DNA of 64,000 bases. Source: Paracoccaceae bacterium. Lineage in GTDB: Bacteria; Pseudomonadota; Alphaproteobacteria; Rhodobacterales; Rhodobacteraceae. The notes under the pieces were generated by a model, which was not told the origin of the DNA, made no database searches, and saw only the letters and a list, made by a program, of their open reading frames with translations. The DNA lies in contig CBDBPW010000001.1 in the NCBI GenBank assembly GCA_965209045.1, forward strand, positions 258,111 through 322,110. Reading direction: 5' to 3'. The translations under genes were made by a program, and so were the position numbers. Below are positions 19,355-29,312 of the stretch, piece by piece. Every line of letters begins with the position of its first letter. Positions within the stretch are counted from its first letter, which is position 1.

Positions 19355-19946
19355 TGGAGATGGGGAGAGGTGCGAAATTCAAGAACGATGGCCCCGCATT
19401 CCTGCTTCCCAGATCGTGCTTTCAAACAGGGAACCGCCCAGTCATGCAGAGGCCAGGAACAGTTTTCGGCCGCCATTGCCCTGAACCGTCGCAGCACACT
19501 TCGTGATGCGGACGAAAGACGCCACGCGGTGGCTCAACCGGAATAGAGGATGGATCGCCGAAACTCCATCGAGTCTCCCTGCGTTGGAGACGCCCGAGTC
19601 CCCAGAAATTTCGATCGGGCCTCCGTCCGCCTCGTCAAACGGGCCACTGCTCGAAGACCTTGGGCAGGTGGCTCGAACCACGAAGAATTCCGACGTCGTG
19701 GGCCGTGACATCTCCGGCTTCGGGCCAAACAGGCGATCACGCCTGATCGAAGTGAAGACCACCAACGGATGGGAACGAACGCCCTTCTTCATTTCCCGCA
19801 ACGAGTTTGCCGTTCCGGAAGAGCGCCGCTCCGAATTGTGCCTTATCCAGCTGTGGAGCTGCTGTCGCGCACCGAGGGCGTTCAAGAATTGCCCGCCGCT
19901 TGAAGTCCATGTGTCGCTGATGGCAACGGCGTTCCGGGCGGACTTT
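19355..19946 (+). pseudogene. DUF3883-domain protein (restriction-endonuclease-like fold), degraded
   Basis: GRDISGFGPNRRSRLIEVKTTNGWERTPFFISRNEFAVPEE..PPLEVHVSLMATAFRADF matches the DUF3883 core. The expected upstream part (..EMGRGAKF..) is in another frame with stops. There is no proper stop after the domain, and the ORF reads on into the creatinase gene. Confidence 0.45.
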
Positions 19947-20209
19947 CGCGAAGCGCGCGAACCTCACGCCAAAGAGGCGCTGCAAGATCCAAATTCGAGA
20001 CTGGAGTGGGAGTCGGCTCCCTATCGTGGCTTCTCGATGGATACGTGGCCGCGCAACCCATCGCTGAGGCCGCAGACATATTGCGTGCCCGAACGAGTCG
20101 ACCTATTGTCCCGACTGACTGCAGCGATGGCGTCGCTGCCCCGGCGGTGGTCCGGGTCCAGGAGATCATGGCCCTGTACGCCGGGGCGATGGCCAGAGGA
20201 GAGACCGCC

Positions 20210-21424
20210 ATGGCTGACACGCGCCCCGAATTCCTTGTTCTCGAAAGCGGCGAAAAGGCCAAACTGCCGTTTGCCTCCGAAGAATATGCCGCGCGTCTGG
20301 CAAGGCTTCGCGCCGTCATGGAGCAAAGAGACGTCCCGGTCGTGCTGCTCACGTCGATGCACAACATTGCCTACTATTCAGGCTTTCTTCATTGCGCCTT
20401 TGGTCGTCCCTACAGCTGCATCGTGACCAAGGACCGCTGCACGACAGTCTCGGCAAACATCGATGCCGGCCAGCCTTGGCGGCGCTCGATCGAGGACAAC
20501 CTCATCTACACGGACTGGAAGCGCGACAACTACTGGCGCGCGGTGAAGTCCGTCATCGGCGCCCCCTCCAGGCTCGGGATCGAGGCAGATCACCTGACTC
20601 TTGCCGCCGACCGGACATGCCGCGAAATGCTGGGCGCCGACGAACTGGTCGATGTCGCGCCGGACGCGATGCGACTCCGGATGGTCAAGTCGCCTGAAGA
20701 AATCGCGCTCATCAAGGAAGGGGCCCGTATCGCGGACATTGGAGGCTGGGCGATCAAGGAGGCGATCAGCGAGGGCGTCCGCGAAATCGATGTCGCAATG
20801 GCCGGGCGAAACGCGATGGAAATCGCGATCGCTGATGCCTTCCCGGACGCGGAATACCGCGATACCTGGGTCTGGTTCCAGTCAGGGATCAACACTGATG
20901 GTGCGCATAACCCTGTCACCGGACGGCGGCTTGAAACCGGCGATCTCCTGAATCTCAACGCGTTTCCGATGATCAACGGGTACTACACAGCGCTCGAACG
21001 CTCGCTCTTTCTCGGGGAACCCGATGCCGAAACGCTCAGGATCTGGCGAGCCAACGTTTCAGCGCACGAACTCGGTCTCTCGCTCATCAGGCCGGGCGCG
21101 ACGTGTTCCGGAATCTGCACGGAGATCAACAGGTTCTTCGAAGACGAAGGGCTCCTGCAGTTCCGGTCCTTCGGATATGGCCACTCCTTCGGCATACTTA
21201 GCCACTACTACGGACGGGAGGCCGGGCTGGAACTTCGCGAAGACATCGACACGACCCTGGAACCGGGCATGGTGGTCTCCATGGAGCCCATGCTGCTGGT
21301 TCCCGAAGGCCGGCCCGGGGCCGGCGGGTATCGCGAACATGACATTCTTGTAGTTGACGGCGACCGCGCAACCAACATCACTGGATTTCCTTACGGGCCG
21401 GACCACAATGTCATCGGAGCCTGA
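20210..21424 (+). CDS. creatinase (creatine amidinohydrolase, M24 family)
   Basis: 404 aa from ATG 20210. It appears collinear with my recollection of Pseudomonas creatinase: ANIDAGQPWRRS, WFQSGINTDGAHNPVT, GYYTALERSLFL, FGYGHSFGILSHYYGREAGLELREDIDT, PGAGGYREHDILVV. Confidence 0.9.
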   Translation: MADTRPEFLVLESGEKAKLPFASEEYAARLARLRAVMEQRDVPVVLLTSMHNIAYYSGFLHCAFGRPYSCIVTKDRCTTVSANIDAGQPWRRSIEDNLIYTDWKRDNYWRAVKSVIGAPSRLGIEADHLTLAADRTCREMLGADELVDVAPDAMRLRMVKSPEEIALIKEGARIADIGGWAIKEAISEGVREIDVAMAGRNAMEIAIADAFPDAEYRDTWVWFQSGINTDGAHNPVTGRRLETGDLLNLNAFPMINGYYTALERSLFLGEPDAETLRIWRANVSAHELGLSLIRPGATCSGICTEINRFFEDEGLLQFRSFGYGHSFGILSHYYGREAGLELREDIDTTLEPGMVVSMEPMLLVPEGRPGAGGYREHDILVVDGDRATNITGFPYGPDHNVIGA

Positions 21425-21686
21425 TGCCGGGCACGTCCGACATCCTTGCCCCCGCGCTGAACGGACCAGCGATCGGTTTGCCCCCGGCGGCCGCGCGCCG
21501 GCAGGTTGCTGCCACAAGGGCGGGAGCTGCGTGCGGGCAGGCCGCCGACGGCGCGCCAGGTCCTGCACGGCAATCTGCCCGTGCAGCTTAGGCGCCTGCG
21601 TCACCGACCCCAGGCGTTGCTCCCTTCCCATGAATTCTCAGGCCCCTCGACTTGCGGGGCAAATCGACCAGGGATTCTTGTACACC

Positions 21687-23180
21687 TCAGTGGGGACAGC
21701 CTGCTGCGCTCGAATCTCGATTCAGGTATTGGCAAATGACAGACTCGATGCCGTCGCGATAAATCAGGGTCAGCCATCGCTCGAATGCCGAGGAGAATCT
21801 CGGCGCGTCAGAGAGGTCACCGTAGATTTCGCGCATCTCAAGCCAAGTGTGCGGGACCTCTCGGGCACGGGCCGCATAGGCCGTCAGGTCATCCCAGAAC
21901 GGATCATTCGACTCAATGCGGCTGCCGTCCTCGCGCGTCCCCTCACACATCCGTGCCCACAGCGCCTCGACCAGGCTCAACCCCTCGACTGAACCACCCG
22001 CAGCCAGCGCCTCTCGCAGAATGGGCAGGACAAAGCGGGCGTGCCGCGATGATCCGTCGAAAGCGACGCGTCGGGTGGTGTCGACAATCTCAGGGTTGGA
22101 GAAGCGGCGCTCGACCAGTTTCTTGTAGTTCGCTGGCGTCATGTCGGGCACCGGGTGCACGTAGGGCGCGATCTCCTCGGCCTGGACCTTGCGAAACAGC
22201 GCCGCGATCAACGGGTGCTCCATGCAATCAGCGATCGTTTCAACCGACAGGAGCTCGCCCGCGTTGGAGAGCACCTGATGCCCGGCGTTCAGCATCCGGA
22301 TCTTCATCGTCTCGTAGTCGTGCACCGCGTCGGTGAAGGTGGCACCGACTTCGTCCCAGTCCGGCCGCCCGGCGCAGAAATCGTCCTCGATTACCCACTG
22401 ACGGTAGTTCTCGTGAGTGACGGGCGCGGCATCGTCGATCCTGAAAGATCGCGCAAGGGCAATTTCCTTGGGGCCGGTCGCCGGCACAATGCAATCCACC
22501 ATCGAATTGGGAAAGCTGCAATTGCAATCGATCCAGTCGGCAAGACCTGGATCGCTCAGGCGGGCGAGCGACACGACCGTTTGGCGCAGGATGGCGCCGT
22601 TGCCTTGCAGATTGTCGCAACTTTGCCCGGTGAATGGCCCATGCCCAGCGGCGCGGCGCAGCTTCAGTGCCGCTATCATGGCGCCGAAGGCGGTGCGTGG
22701 ATTGTCCGGGTCTTGGGCGTCGTGGGCGATATCGGCGTGTGCGGCGTCGAACCTGCCGCTTGCGCCGGTGTAATATCCGCCCTCTGTCACGGTCAGAGAG
22801 ACGATGCGGACTTGCGGATCGGCCATGGCACGGATCAAGGCGCCGTTGCCGCCCTCGACCGGCACGTAGTCGACCATGGGCCCGATGACCTCGGCGCTCG
22901 CGCCGGAGGGGTCAAGTTCGATCAGCGTGGTCAGGCAGTCCTGCGCCAGGAGCCTTTCACGCATCGCTGCGTCGTAAGGCCTTACCCCTGCGCCAATGAT
23001 GGCCCAGTCCAGCGCGCGGCCGACTTGCATCAACCGGTGCAGATACCATGCCTGATGCGCGCGGTGGAAGTTGCCCAGTCCGATGTGCACGATCCCGGGC
23101 GTCAGGTTGCCTCGGTCGTAGCGTGGGCGTTCGATGCCCTCGGGAAGGCTCGACAACGTGTCATTGCCGAGTTTTTTCAT
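21687..23180 (-). CDS. mtlK: mannitol 2-dehydrogenase (long-chain mannitol dehydrogenase family)
   Basis: GIVHIGLGNFHRAHQAWY N-terminal motif. Last gene of the smo polyol operon, as in Rhodobacter. GGGGGAAG precedes ATG 23180; the track start is 23198. Confidence 0.85.
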   Translation of the reverse strand: MKKLGNDTLSSLPEGIERPRYDRGNLTPGIVHIGLGNFHRAHQAWYLHRLMQVGRALDWAIIGAGVRPYDAAMRERLLAQDCLTTLIELDPSGASAEVIGPMVDYVPVEGGNGALIRAMADPQVRIVSLTVTEGGYYTGASGRFDAAHADIAHDAQDPDNPRTAFGAMIAALKLRRAAGHGPFTGQSCDNLQGNGAILRQTVVSLARLSDPGLADWIDCNCSFPNSMVDCIVPATGPKEIALARSFRIDDAAPVTHENYRQWVIEDDFCAGRPDWDEVGATFTDAVHDYETMKIRMLNAGHQVLSNAGELLSVETIADCMEHPLIAALFRKVQAEEIAPYVHPVPDMTPANYKKLVERRFSNPEIVDTTRRVAFDGSSRHARFVLPILREALAAGGSVEGLSLVEALWARMCEGTREDGSRIESNDPFWDDLTAYAARAREVPHTWLEMREIYGDLSDAPRFSSAFERWLTLIYRDGIESVICQYLNRDSSAAGCPH

Positions 23181-23201
23181 GGCTTCCCCCGAATTCATCG
23201 C

Positions 23202-23419
23202 TCAACTCATCCTCTGACCGCCATCAAACCTGCGGGTCCGAGCGACGATGCGGTCGACCACGCCGGGGAAATCCGTTCTGGCGATTTGCGCGCCCACGCG
23301 ACGTCGATATCGGCAAGAACGGCACGAGCGCCTTCCGCCACACGGGCTTCCGCACAGGCGCGCCCGATACTGCGCGCCGTGCCGAAAGTCATTGCGGTCT
23401 TGCCTTCGAGCCGTTTCAT
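23202..23419 (-). pseudogene. smoS: sorbitol dehydrogenase (SDR) remnant with a large internal deletion
   Basis: The N-terminal ~50 codons [53 protein letters not shown] resemble SmoS. A second frame preserves the extreme C-terminus ..DRIVARTRRFDGGQRMS*, with its stop at 23202. About 185 codons are missing in between. Confidence 0.75.
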
Positions 23420-24420
23420 TCCATCCGGAGCCCCTTCGCGTCGAACTTGTGAAGATGCTCGGTGCGTGGCGTCAGGTGGACCTCGGCGCCGTATTCGAGT
23501 GCCATCTCACCCGTGGCCCGCACCGTGAGCGGCTCGTGCGAGGCGTTGCACTGGACGTGGAAGAAGGTGTCGGAGCCTAGGTGTTCCGACACGCCCACGG
23601 TGCCATGCCAAACTCCCTCTTCCTCGTTGATTTCGATGTGCTCGGGGCGGATGCCGATCGTCGCGGCGCCGTACTTGTCGGCCCCGGGCCCTTGGATCAG
23701 GTTCATCTTCGGGCTGCCGATGAAGCTCGCCACGAAGGTATTGCGCGGGCGCTGGTAGAGTTCGAGCGGTGAGCCGACCTGCTCGATCACGCCCGCATGC
23801 AGCACAACGATCTTGTCGGCCATGGTCATGGCTTCGACCTGGTCGTGGGTGACGTAGATCATCGTCGTCTTGAGGCGCTTATGCAGCTCAGAGATCTCCA
23901 GTCGCATGCCCACGCGAAGGGCGGCGTCGAGGTTGGAGAGCGGTTCGTCGAACAGGAATGCGGCCGGTTCGCGCACGATCGCGCGACCGATGGCGACGCG
24001 CTGGCGCTGCCCACCCGAAAGCTGGCCAGGGCGCCGATCAAGGTAGTCGGTGAGGTTAAGCACCTCGGCTGCCTGCGCAACGGCCTTGTCCTGCCGGGCC
24101 TTGTCAAGACCTGCCATGCGCAGAGGGAAGGCGATGTTCTTGCGCACCGACATGTGCGGATAGAGCGCGTAGCTCTGGAACACCATCGCAAGGCCGCGCT
24201 TTGCCGGCACGACTTCGGTTGCATCCTGGCCATCGATCGTGACGTGGCCTTCGGTGACGTCCTCGAGGCCGGCGATCAGGCGCAGGAGCGTGGACTTCCC
24301 GCAGCCCGACGGGCCGACGAACACCACGAACTCGCCATCTTTGATGGTGAGGTCGAGCGGCGGAATGACCTCGACACTGCCGAAACTCTTGGATACCTGG
24401 TTGAGTTGAATCTGTCCCAT
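23416..24420 (-). CDS. smoK: sorbitol/mannitol ABC transporter ATP-binding protein
   Basis: [24 protein letters not shown].., [34 protein letters not shown]. The real start is ATG 24420, inside a 598-aa track ORF. Confidence 0.9.
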   Translation of the reverse strand: MGQIQLNQVSKSFGSVEVIPPLDLTIKDGEFVVFVGPSGCGKSTLLRLIAGLEDVTEGHVTIDGQDATEVVPAKRGLAMVFQSYALYPHMSVRKNIAFPLRMAGLDKARQDKAVAQAAEVLNLTDYLDRRPGQLSGGQRQRVAIGRAIVREPAAFLFDEPLSNLDAALRVGMRLEISELHKRLKTTMIYVTHDQVEAMTMADKIVVLHAGVIEQVGSPLELYQRPRNTFVASFIGSPKMNLIQGPGADKYGAATIGIRPEHIEINEEEGVWHGTVGVSEHLGSDTFFHVQCNASHEPLTVRATGEMALEYGAEVHLTPRTEHLHKFDAKGLRME

Positions 24421-24431
24421 GTCCGTTCCCC

Positions 24432-25262
24432 TTATTTCACGGCGCCGAAGGTCAGGCCGCGGACAAGTTGTTTCTGGCTGAACCAGCCCATTATCAGGAT
24501 TGGTGCGATGGCCATGGTCGATGCCGCCGAGAGCTTGGCGTAGAACAAACCCTCCGGGCTCGAGTAACTGGCGATGAAGGCCGTAAGCGGGGCCGCCTTG
24601 GCCGCAGTAAGGTTGAGCGTCCAGAACGCCTCGTTCCAGGCGAGGATGACGTTCAGGAGCAACGTCGAGGCCATGCCCGGGATCGCCATCGGCGTGAGCA
24701 CGTAGAGGATCTCTGCGTGCAATGTGGCGCCATCCATCCGCGCCGCCTCCAGGATCTCGCCGGGGATCTCCCTGAAGTAGGTGTAGAGCATCCAGACGAT
24801 GATCGGCAGGTTGATCAGCATCAGTACGAACACGAGCCCGGCGCGGCTGTCGAGAAGTCCGAGCCGGATGAACAGAAGGTAGATCGGGTAGAGCACGCCG
24901 ACGGCGGGCAGCATCTTGGTCGAGAGCATCCAGAGGAGGATGTCCTTGGTGCGTTTGGAGGGCACGAAGGCCATCGCCCAAGCTGCGGGCACAGCGACAA
25001 GAAGGCCCAGGAGAGTCGAGCCGAAGGCCAGGATGACCGAGTTTGCGAAGTGCCGCGAATAGTTCGAGCGCTCCTGCACGACCCCGTAGTTTTCCAGGGT
25101 CCATGGCGCAGCGAGCACTTCCAGCGGGGCCTTGATCGCGTCGCCCTCGGCCTTGAACGACATGACGAAGATCCAGAGGATCGGGAAGAAGATCAGCAGG
25201 CCAACCGCCCATGCGGCAAGGGAGTTGATCGTCTTTTGGCGGGTAGTGACGGCACGGGCCAT
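24432..25262 (-). CDS. smoG: sorbitol/mannitol ABC transporter permease
   Basis: 276 aa from ATG 25262, with EAA loop [22 protein letters not shown]. Confidence 0.9.
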   Translation of the reverse strand: MARAVTTRQKTINSLAAWAVGLLIFFPILWIFVMSFKAEGDAIKAPLEVLAAPWTLENYGVVQERSNYSRHFANSVILAFGSTLLGLLVAVPAAWAMAFVPSKRTKDILLWMLSTKMLPAVGVLYPIYLLFIRLGLLDSRAGLVFVLMLINLPIIVWMLYTYFREIPGEILEAARMDGATLHAEILYVLTPMAIPGMASTLLLNVILAWNEAFWTLNLTAAKAAPLTAFIASYSSPEGLFYAKLSAASTMAIAPILIMGWFSQKQLVRGLTFGAVK

Positions 25263-25273
25263 GGTCGTTCCCC

Positions 25274-26152
25274 TCACGCGTCCAAGTTCTTGCCGACGAT
25301 GCGCATCAGGAAGATCGCAACGATATTGGCGAGGATGATGGCATAAACGCCACCGGCGGAGCCGAGGCCCACGTTCTGGCTCTCCAGCACGCGCTGGTAG
25401 ATCAGGTAGGTCAGCGTCTTGGTGCCGAAGGAGCCCTGGGTGGTGACGAAAATCTCTGCGAAGATCGACAGCAGGAAGATCGTCTGGATCAGGAGCACGA
25501 CGGTGATCGCGCGGCTCAGGTGCGGCAGAACGATGAAGACAAAGCGCTGCGGCCAGCGTGCGCCATCCATCTCGGCGGCTTCGAGCTGCTCCTGGTCGAG
25601 CGACTGAAACGCCGTGAGCAGAATCAGCGTCGCGAAGGGCAGCCATTGCCAGGACACGATGAGAATGAGCGAGGGCAGCGATGCCTGCGAGAGCCATTCG
25701 ATCGGTTCGGCCCCGACACTTCGCCAGACATGGGCAAAGAAGCCGTTCACCGGGTCCATGAACATGTTCTTCCACACCAGGCCCGACACGGTCGGCATGA
25801 CGAAAAATGGAGCGATGACCAGGATGCGGACAACCCCCTGACCCCACATCGGCTGATCAAGCAGGAGGGCGAGGAAAATCCCGAGGATCACCGTGATCAC
25901 CAGTACCCCGCCGACGATGACAAGCGTCGCGTAGACACTTGGCCAGAACGAACTCGACGTCACAAATCGTGAGTAGTTGGCGAACCCCACCCAATCCAGC
26001 CCGTTGGCCAGCGAGTCGCCACGCATCGGCAGGTATTTCTTGAAGGAGAAGTAGAGCGTCATCGTCAGCGGCACGAGCATCCAGCCGAGAAGAAGGACCA
26101 CCGCCGGGGCCATCATCAACCGGGCTGCGGATCGGGAGTGCTGGGTTGCCAT
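25274..26152 (-). CDS. smoF: sorbitol/mannitol ABC transporter permease
   Basis: AGAGGAGGTACGTCC precedes ATG 26152. EAA loop [21 protein letters not shown]. Confidence 0.9.
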   Translation of the reverse strand: MATQHSRSAARLMMAPAVVLLLGWMLVPLTMTLYFSFKKYLPMRGDSLANGLDWVGFANYSRFVTSSSFWPSVYATLVIVGGVLVITVILGIFLALLLDQPMWGQGVVRILVIAPFFVMPTVSGLVWKNMFMDPVNGFFAHVWRSVGAEPIEWLSQASLPSLILIVSWQWLPFATLILLTAFQSLDQEQLEAAEMDGARWPQRFVFIVLPHLSRAITVVLLIQTIFLLSIFAEIFVTTQGSFGTKTLTYLIYQRVLESQNVGLGSAGGVYAIILANIVAIFLMRIVGKNLDA

Positions 26153-26267
26153 GGACGTACCTCCTCTGATGACAGCCTGACTCGGCTGCCCGGAATGATA
26201 ACGCAACGGGATCGCTTTGGCAGGTCTCAGGGGGCGACCATGGCCGCCCCCTGACGGGGAGGATAGC

Positions 26268-27569
26268 CTAGTAGCCGGCCGCTTCCATTGCGTCGGTGGT
26301 CAGCGCTTGCGCCTTGGCCAGCGCCTCTTCCACGGATTGCTGGCCTGCGTAGACAGCCGAGAACTCCTGGCTGACTTCCGTTGCAATGCCGGCAAACTCG
26401 GGAATGGCGACAAACTGGATCCCGACATAGGGCACCGGCTTGACGGTCGGGTTGTTGGGATCCGCAGCGTTGATGGAATCGAGAGTCATCTTTGCGAACG
26501 GCACCGCCTGGTAATCCGGGTTCTCGTAGAGCGAGGTACGGGCACCCGGCGGCACGTTGGCCCAGCCTTCGTTCGCCGCGACGAGCTCGATATACGCCTT
26601 CGAGGTGGCCCACTCGATGAACTGCTTGGCAGCCGCTTCTTTCTGGGTGCCAGCAGGGATCGCCAGGGCCCAGGCCCAGAGCCAGTTCGAGCGCTTGCCG
26701 AGCCCGGTGTCAGGCGCCAGCGCAAAGCCGACACTGTCCGCGACGGTCGAGTCGTTGGGGTTGGTCACGAAGGACGCCGCAACGGTAGCGTCGATCCACA
26801 TGCCGCACTTGCCCTGCTGGAACAGCGACAGGTTCTCGTTGAAGCCGTTGGTGGCGTAGCCCTGCGGGCCGTAGTCGTTCATCAGGTTGACGAAGAAGGT
26901 CAACGCTTCGTTCCACTCCGGCTGATCGAACTGTGCCTGCCAGTCTTCGTCGAACCAACGCGCGCCGAACGAGTTGGCCGTGACGGTAATGAAGGCGCCG
27001 CCTTCACCCCAGCCGGCCTTGCCGCGCAAGCAGACACCGTTGATGTCGTTTTCGGGGTCATCCATGGCCGCGGCGGCTTCCCGGATGAATTCCCAGGTCG
27101 GCGCATCCGGCATCTCCAGGCCGGCCTTTTCCATCAGGTCGGTGCGGTACATGATCATTGAACTTTCGCCATAGAACGGCGCAGCGTAGAGCGTGCCGTC
27201 ATGCGACAGACCGCCTCGCATGGCGGGCAGGATGTCGTCGACATCGTATTCGGCCGACAGATCGTCCAGCGGCACCAGCCAGCCGTTGGCACCCCAGATC
27301 GGGGTTTCGTACATGCCGATGGTCATGATGTCGAACTGGCCGCCCTTGGTCGAAATGTCGGTGGTCACGCGCTGACGCAGCACGTTCTCCTCGAGGGTCA
27401 CCCATTCGACATCATGGCCGGTCTTGGCGGTGAAGTCGTCTGTATATCCTTGCATGCGGATCATGTCGCCGTTGTTGACTGTGGCGATGGTTATGGTTTC
27501 CGCATAGGCGCTGCCGGCTGCGATAAGCGACAGTGCAGTGGCCGTGCGGAGTGCGTTCTTGAGAAACAT
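26268..27569 (-). CDS. smoE: sorbitol/mannitol ABC transporter substrate-binding protein
   Basis: GGGAGGATTCGA precedes ATG 27569. Signal peptide MFLKNALRTATALSLIAAGSAYA. Confidence 0.9.
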   Translation of the reverse strand: MFLKNALRTATALSLIAAGSAYAETITIATVNNGDMIRMQGYTDDFTAKTGHDVEWVTLEENVLRQRVTTDISTKGGQFDIMTIGMYETPIWGANGWLVPLDDLSAEYDVDDILPAMRGGLSHDGTLYAAPFYGESSMIMYRTDLMEKAGLEMPDAPTWEFIREAAAAMDDPENDINGVCLRGKAGWGEGGAFITVTANSFGARWFDEDWQAQFDQPEWNEALTFFVNLMNDYGPQGYATNGFNENLSLFQQGKCGMWIDATVAASFVTNPNDSTVADSVGFALAPDTGLGKRSNWLWAWALAIPAGTQKEAAAKQFIEWATSKAYIELVAANEGWANVPPGARTSLYENPDYQAVPFAKMTLDSINAADPNNPTVKPVPYVGIQFVAIPEFAGIATEVSQEFSAVYAGQQSVEEALAKAQALTTDAMEAAGY

Positions 27570-27601
27570 TCGAATCCTCCCTAGGGTTAAATCGCAACGC
27601 A

Positions 27602-27629
27602 ACACTAGCAAGAATCCAGCGCGTGTCAA
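27602..27629 (-). promoter_or_regulatory. candidate sigma-70 promoter of smoE
   Basis: On the minus strand: TTGACA (27629-27624), a 16-nt spacer, then TAGTGT (27607-27602), about 30 nt upstream of the smoE ATG. Confidence 0.4.
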
Positions 27630-27653
27630 TAACAATTTTACGCGTGATAACTT

Positions 27654-28685
27654 TTATGCTGATGCTCGAAGCACGAGACGCGCCGAGAACAGGGTTTCGG
27701 TCCGGTCGTCGAACCGGCCGCCCGCCTCGATCAATCTGAGCAGCGTTTCGGCACCGCAATCCGACACCATGTCGTATTCGTGAGCCACGGTGGTCAGGGG
27801 CGGGCAGGTGAAGCGCGAATAGGGATGGTCATCGTGGCCGGCCACACGCAATGCGCAGCCGCTTCCGCGTCCGATGCGCAGCCCCTTTTCGTAACAGGCG
27901 GCCAAGAGCCCGATGGCAAGACGGTCGTTGCTGCAAAGGACCGTGTCGGTGGGGAACGAATGCTCCTGGAGTGCGCGCATACCCCCATGGTAGCCAATTT
28001 CTTCAAGGTTCCAGCCTTCGCCTTCCACTTGGACAAGCATCGGCTCCAACCCGTGACTTTCCATTGCTTCGATGTAGCATCGATGGCGCGCGAGCGAGTT
28101 CGGGTTGCCCGGGTTCCTCATCTCGAAGAAACACGGCGGCTCCCCGGTCCGTGTAAGATAGTCAACGCTCTGCGACACGAAGCTCTGATTGTCCGAACCG
28201 ACAAACGCTTCTCCGATTCCAGCAATGTCTCTGTCCAGCAGGACCGTCGGAACCTCTTCGCAAAACCGGGCAAGATGATCCCGGTCGGAACTCCGGCCGA
28301 GCGGGGCCAGAAGCACACCCGACGGACGCAGTGACCTAAGGTTGTTCAGAGCCTCGCCTTCGAGTTTCCGCTCGCCGTGCGAACTGAACAGCGTCGCGTG
28401 GAAACCGGCTTCGATGCAGCGGCGTTCCAGGGTTCTTGCAATCTCTGCAAAGACAGGGTCAGCAAGGTATGGAACGATGATGCCTACGCTCTTCGTGAGC
28501 TGGCGGTTCTGGTTCATCGCGTAAATGTTCGGGCGATAGTCGTACTGTTCCAGTGCGGCCTCAATCCGCTCACGGGTCGACTTGCGGACACTTCCCGGGT
28601 CGTGAAAGTATTTCGAGACAGTCGGGCGCGAGACTCCGCTTGCCGCTGCGAAGTCTTCCATGGTTCTGATAGTCGGCTCTTTCAA
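27654..28685 (-). CDS. LacI-family transcriptional regulator, likely polyol operon regulator
   Basis: HTH PTIRTMEDFAAASGVSRPTVSKYF followed by a periplasmic-binding-fold core. AGGAGA is 7 nt before TTG 28685; the track ORF extends to 28823. Confidence 0.8.
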   Translation of the reverse strand: MKEPTIRTMEDFAAASGVSRPTVSKYFHDPGSVRKSTRERIEAALEQYDYRPNIYAMNQNRQLTKSVGIIVPYLADPVFAEIARTLERRCIEAGFHATLFSSHGERKLEGEALNNLRSLRPSGVLLAPLGRSSDRDHLARFCEEVPTVLLDRDIAGIGEAFVGSDNQSFVSQSVDYLTRTGEPPCFFEMRNPGNPNSLARHRCYIEAMESHGLEPMLVQVEGEGWNLEEIGYHGGMRALQEHSFPTDTVLCSNDRLAIGLLAACYEKGLRIGRGSGCALRVAGHDDHPYSRFTCPPLTTVAHEYDMVSDCGAETLLRLIEAGGRFDDRTETLFSARLVLRASA

Positions 28686-28888
28686 CCTAGAATCTCCTAT
28701 GTGCGCCGACTCCGGCCAGTTTGCGGCGAATGCGGACGAATCTTCGACACCGGTGGTGCCAGCCTTCACAAAAAACATGACGCGCGCAAAGCAATATTTT
28801 ACAGTACTGGGGTCCTTTGACAATCGGGTTGCGATTCTGGCGGATCGATGCCAATCCGTGCCTCGATGACCGCCGGAACGGCGGCACG

Positions 28889-28910
28889 GGCTAGACCAGG
28901 GCTAGACCAG
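28889..28910. repeat. perfect tandem duplication of an 11-mer (GGCTAGACCAG x2)
   Basis: Read directly from the sequence at 28889-28899 and 28900-28910, in a roughly 490-bp gene-free stretch. Confidence 0.8.
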
Positions 28911-29312
28911 CAGGTGGCCAGTCAGCGACCCCTCCCAGAATGGAGGGGCATCTTGAGCGGCGCAAGCCCCGAGAGCCCATGCTGACCGGCACGAGAAGGG
29001 AGACTTCCATCCGATCCGCCTTGCACCATGCGTCCAAGACCCGCTCCGGAACGCTTCCTCCGTCCCGGACCCTGGAAGAGTCGCCTGCATGCACGCCAGG
29101 TCGGGCAAAACACGGGGCGATTCCAGGCGCGGTGGTGCAAGATGTGCGAGGGGAGCCCGGCTCCGGCCAGCGATTGCATGATCCTTCCGTGCGGTTCTTG
29201 ACTCGCGATGCACCTCGCGCCCACGAATTGATCGCCGCGCCGGAAACCGCGATGCCGAACCGGCCACATCATCGCGTTGGAGACCGAAATCAGGACCTGG
29301 AGAACCTGGGCC

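Noticed and set aside
21480-21631. LysR-type regulator gene fragment.
   Set aside because: Only about 25 residues resemble an HTH, and only with indels. That is too weak to annotate as a feature, so it is kept as a remark in a finding.
23416-25212. 598-aa ORF suggesting a fused smoG-smoK protein. The long N-terminal extensions of ORFs 5363-6742, 6613-8046, 24432-25847, 42172-43851 and 46424-48331 are similar cases.
   Set aside because: The family-typical N-termini with RBSs or ATGA coupling lie at internal start codons. The upstream parts overlap the preceding genes out of frame.
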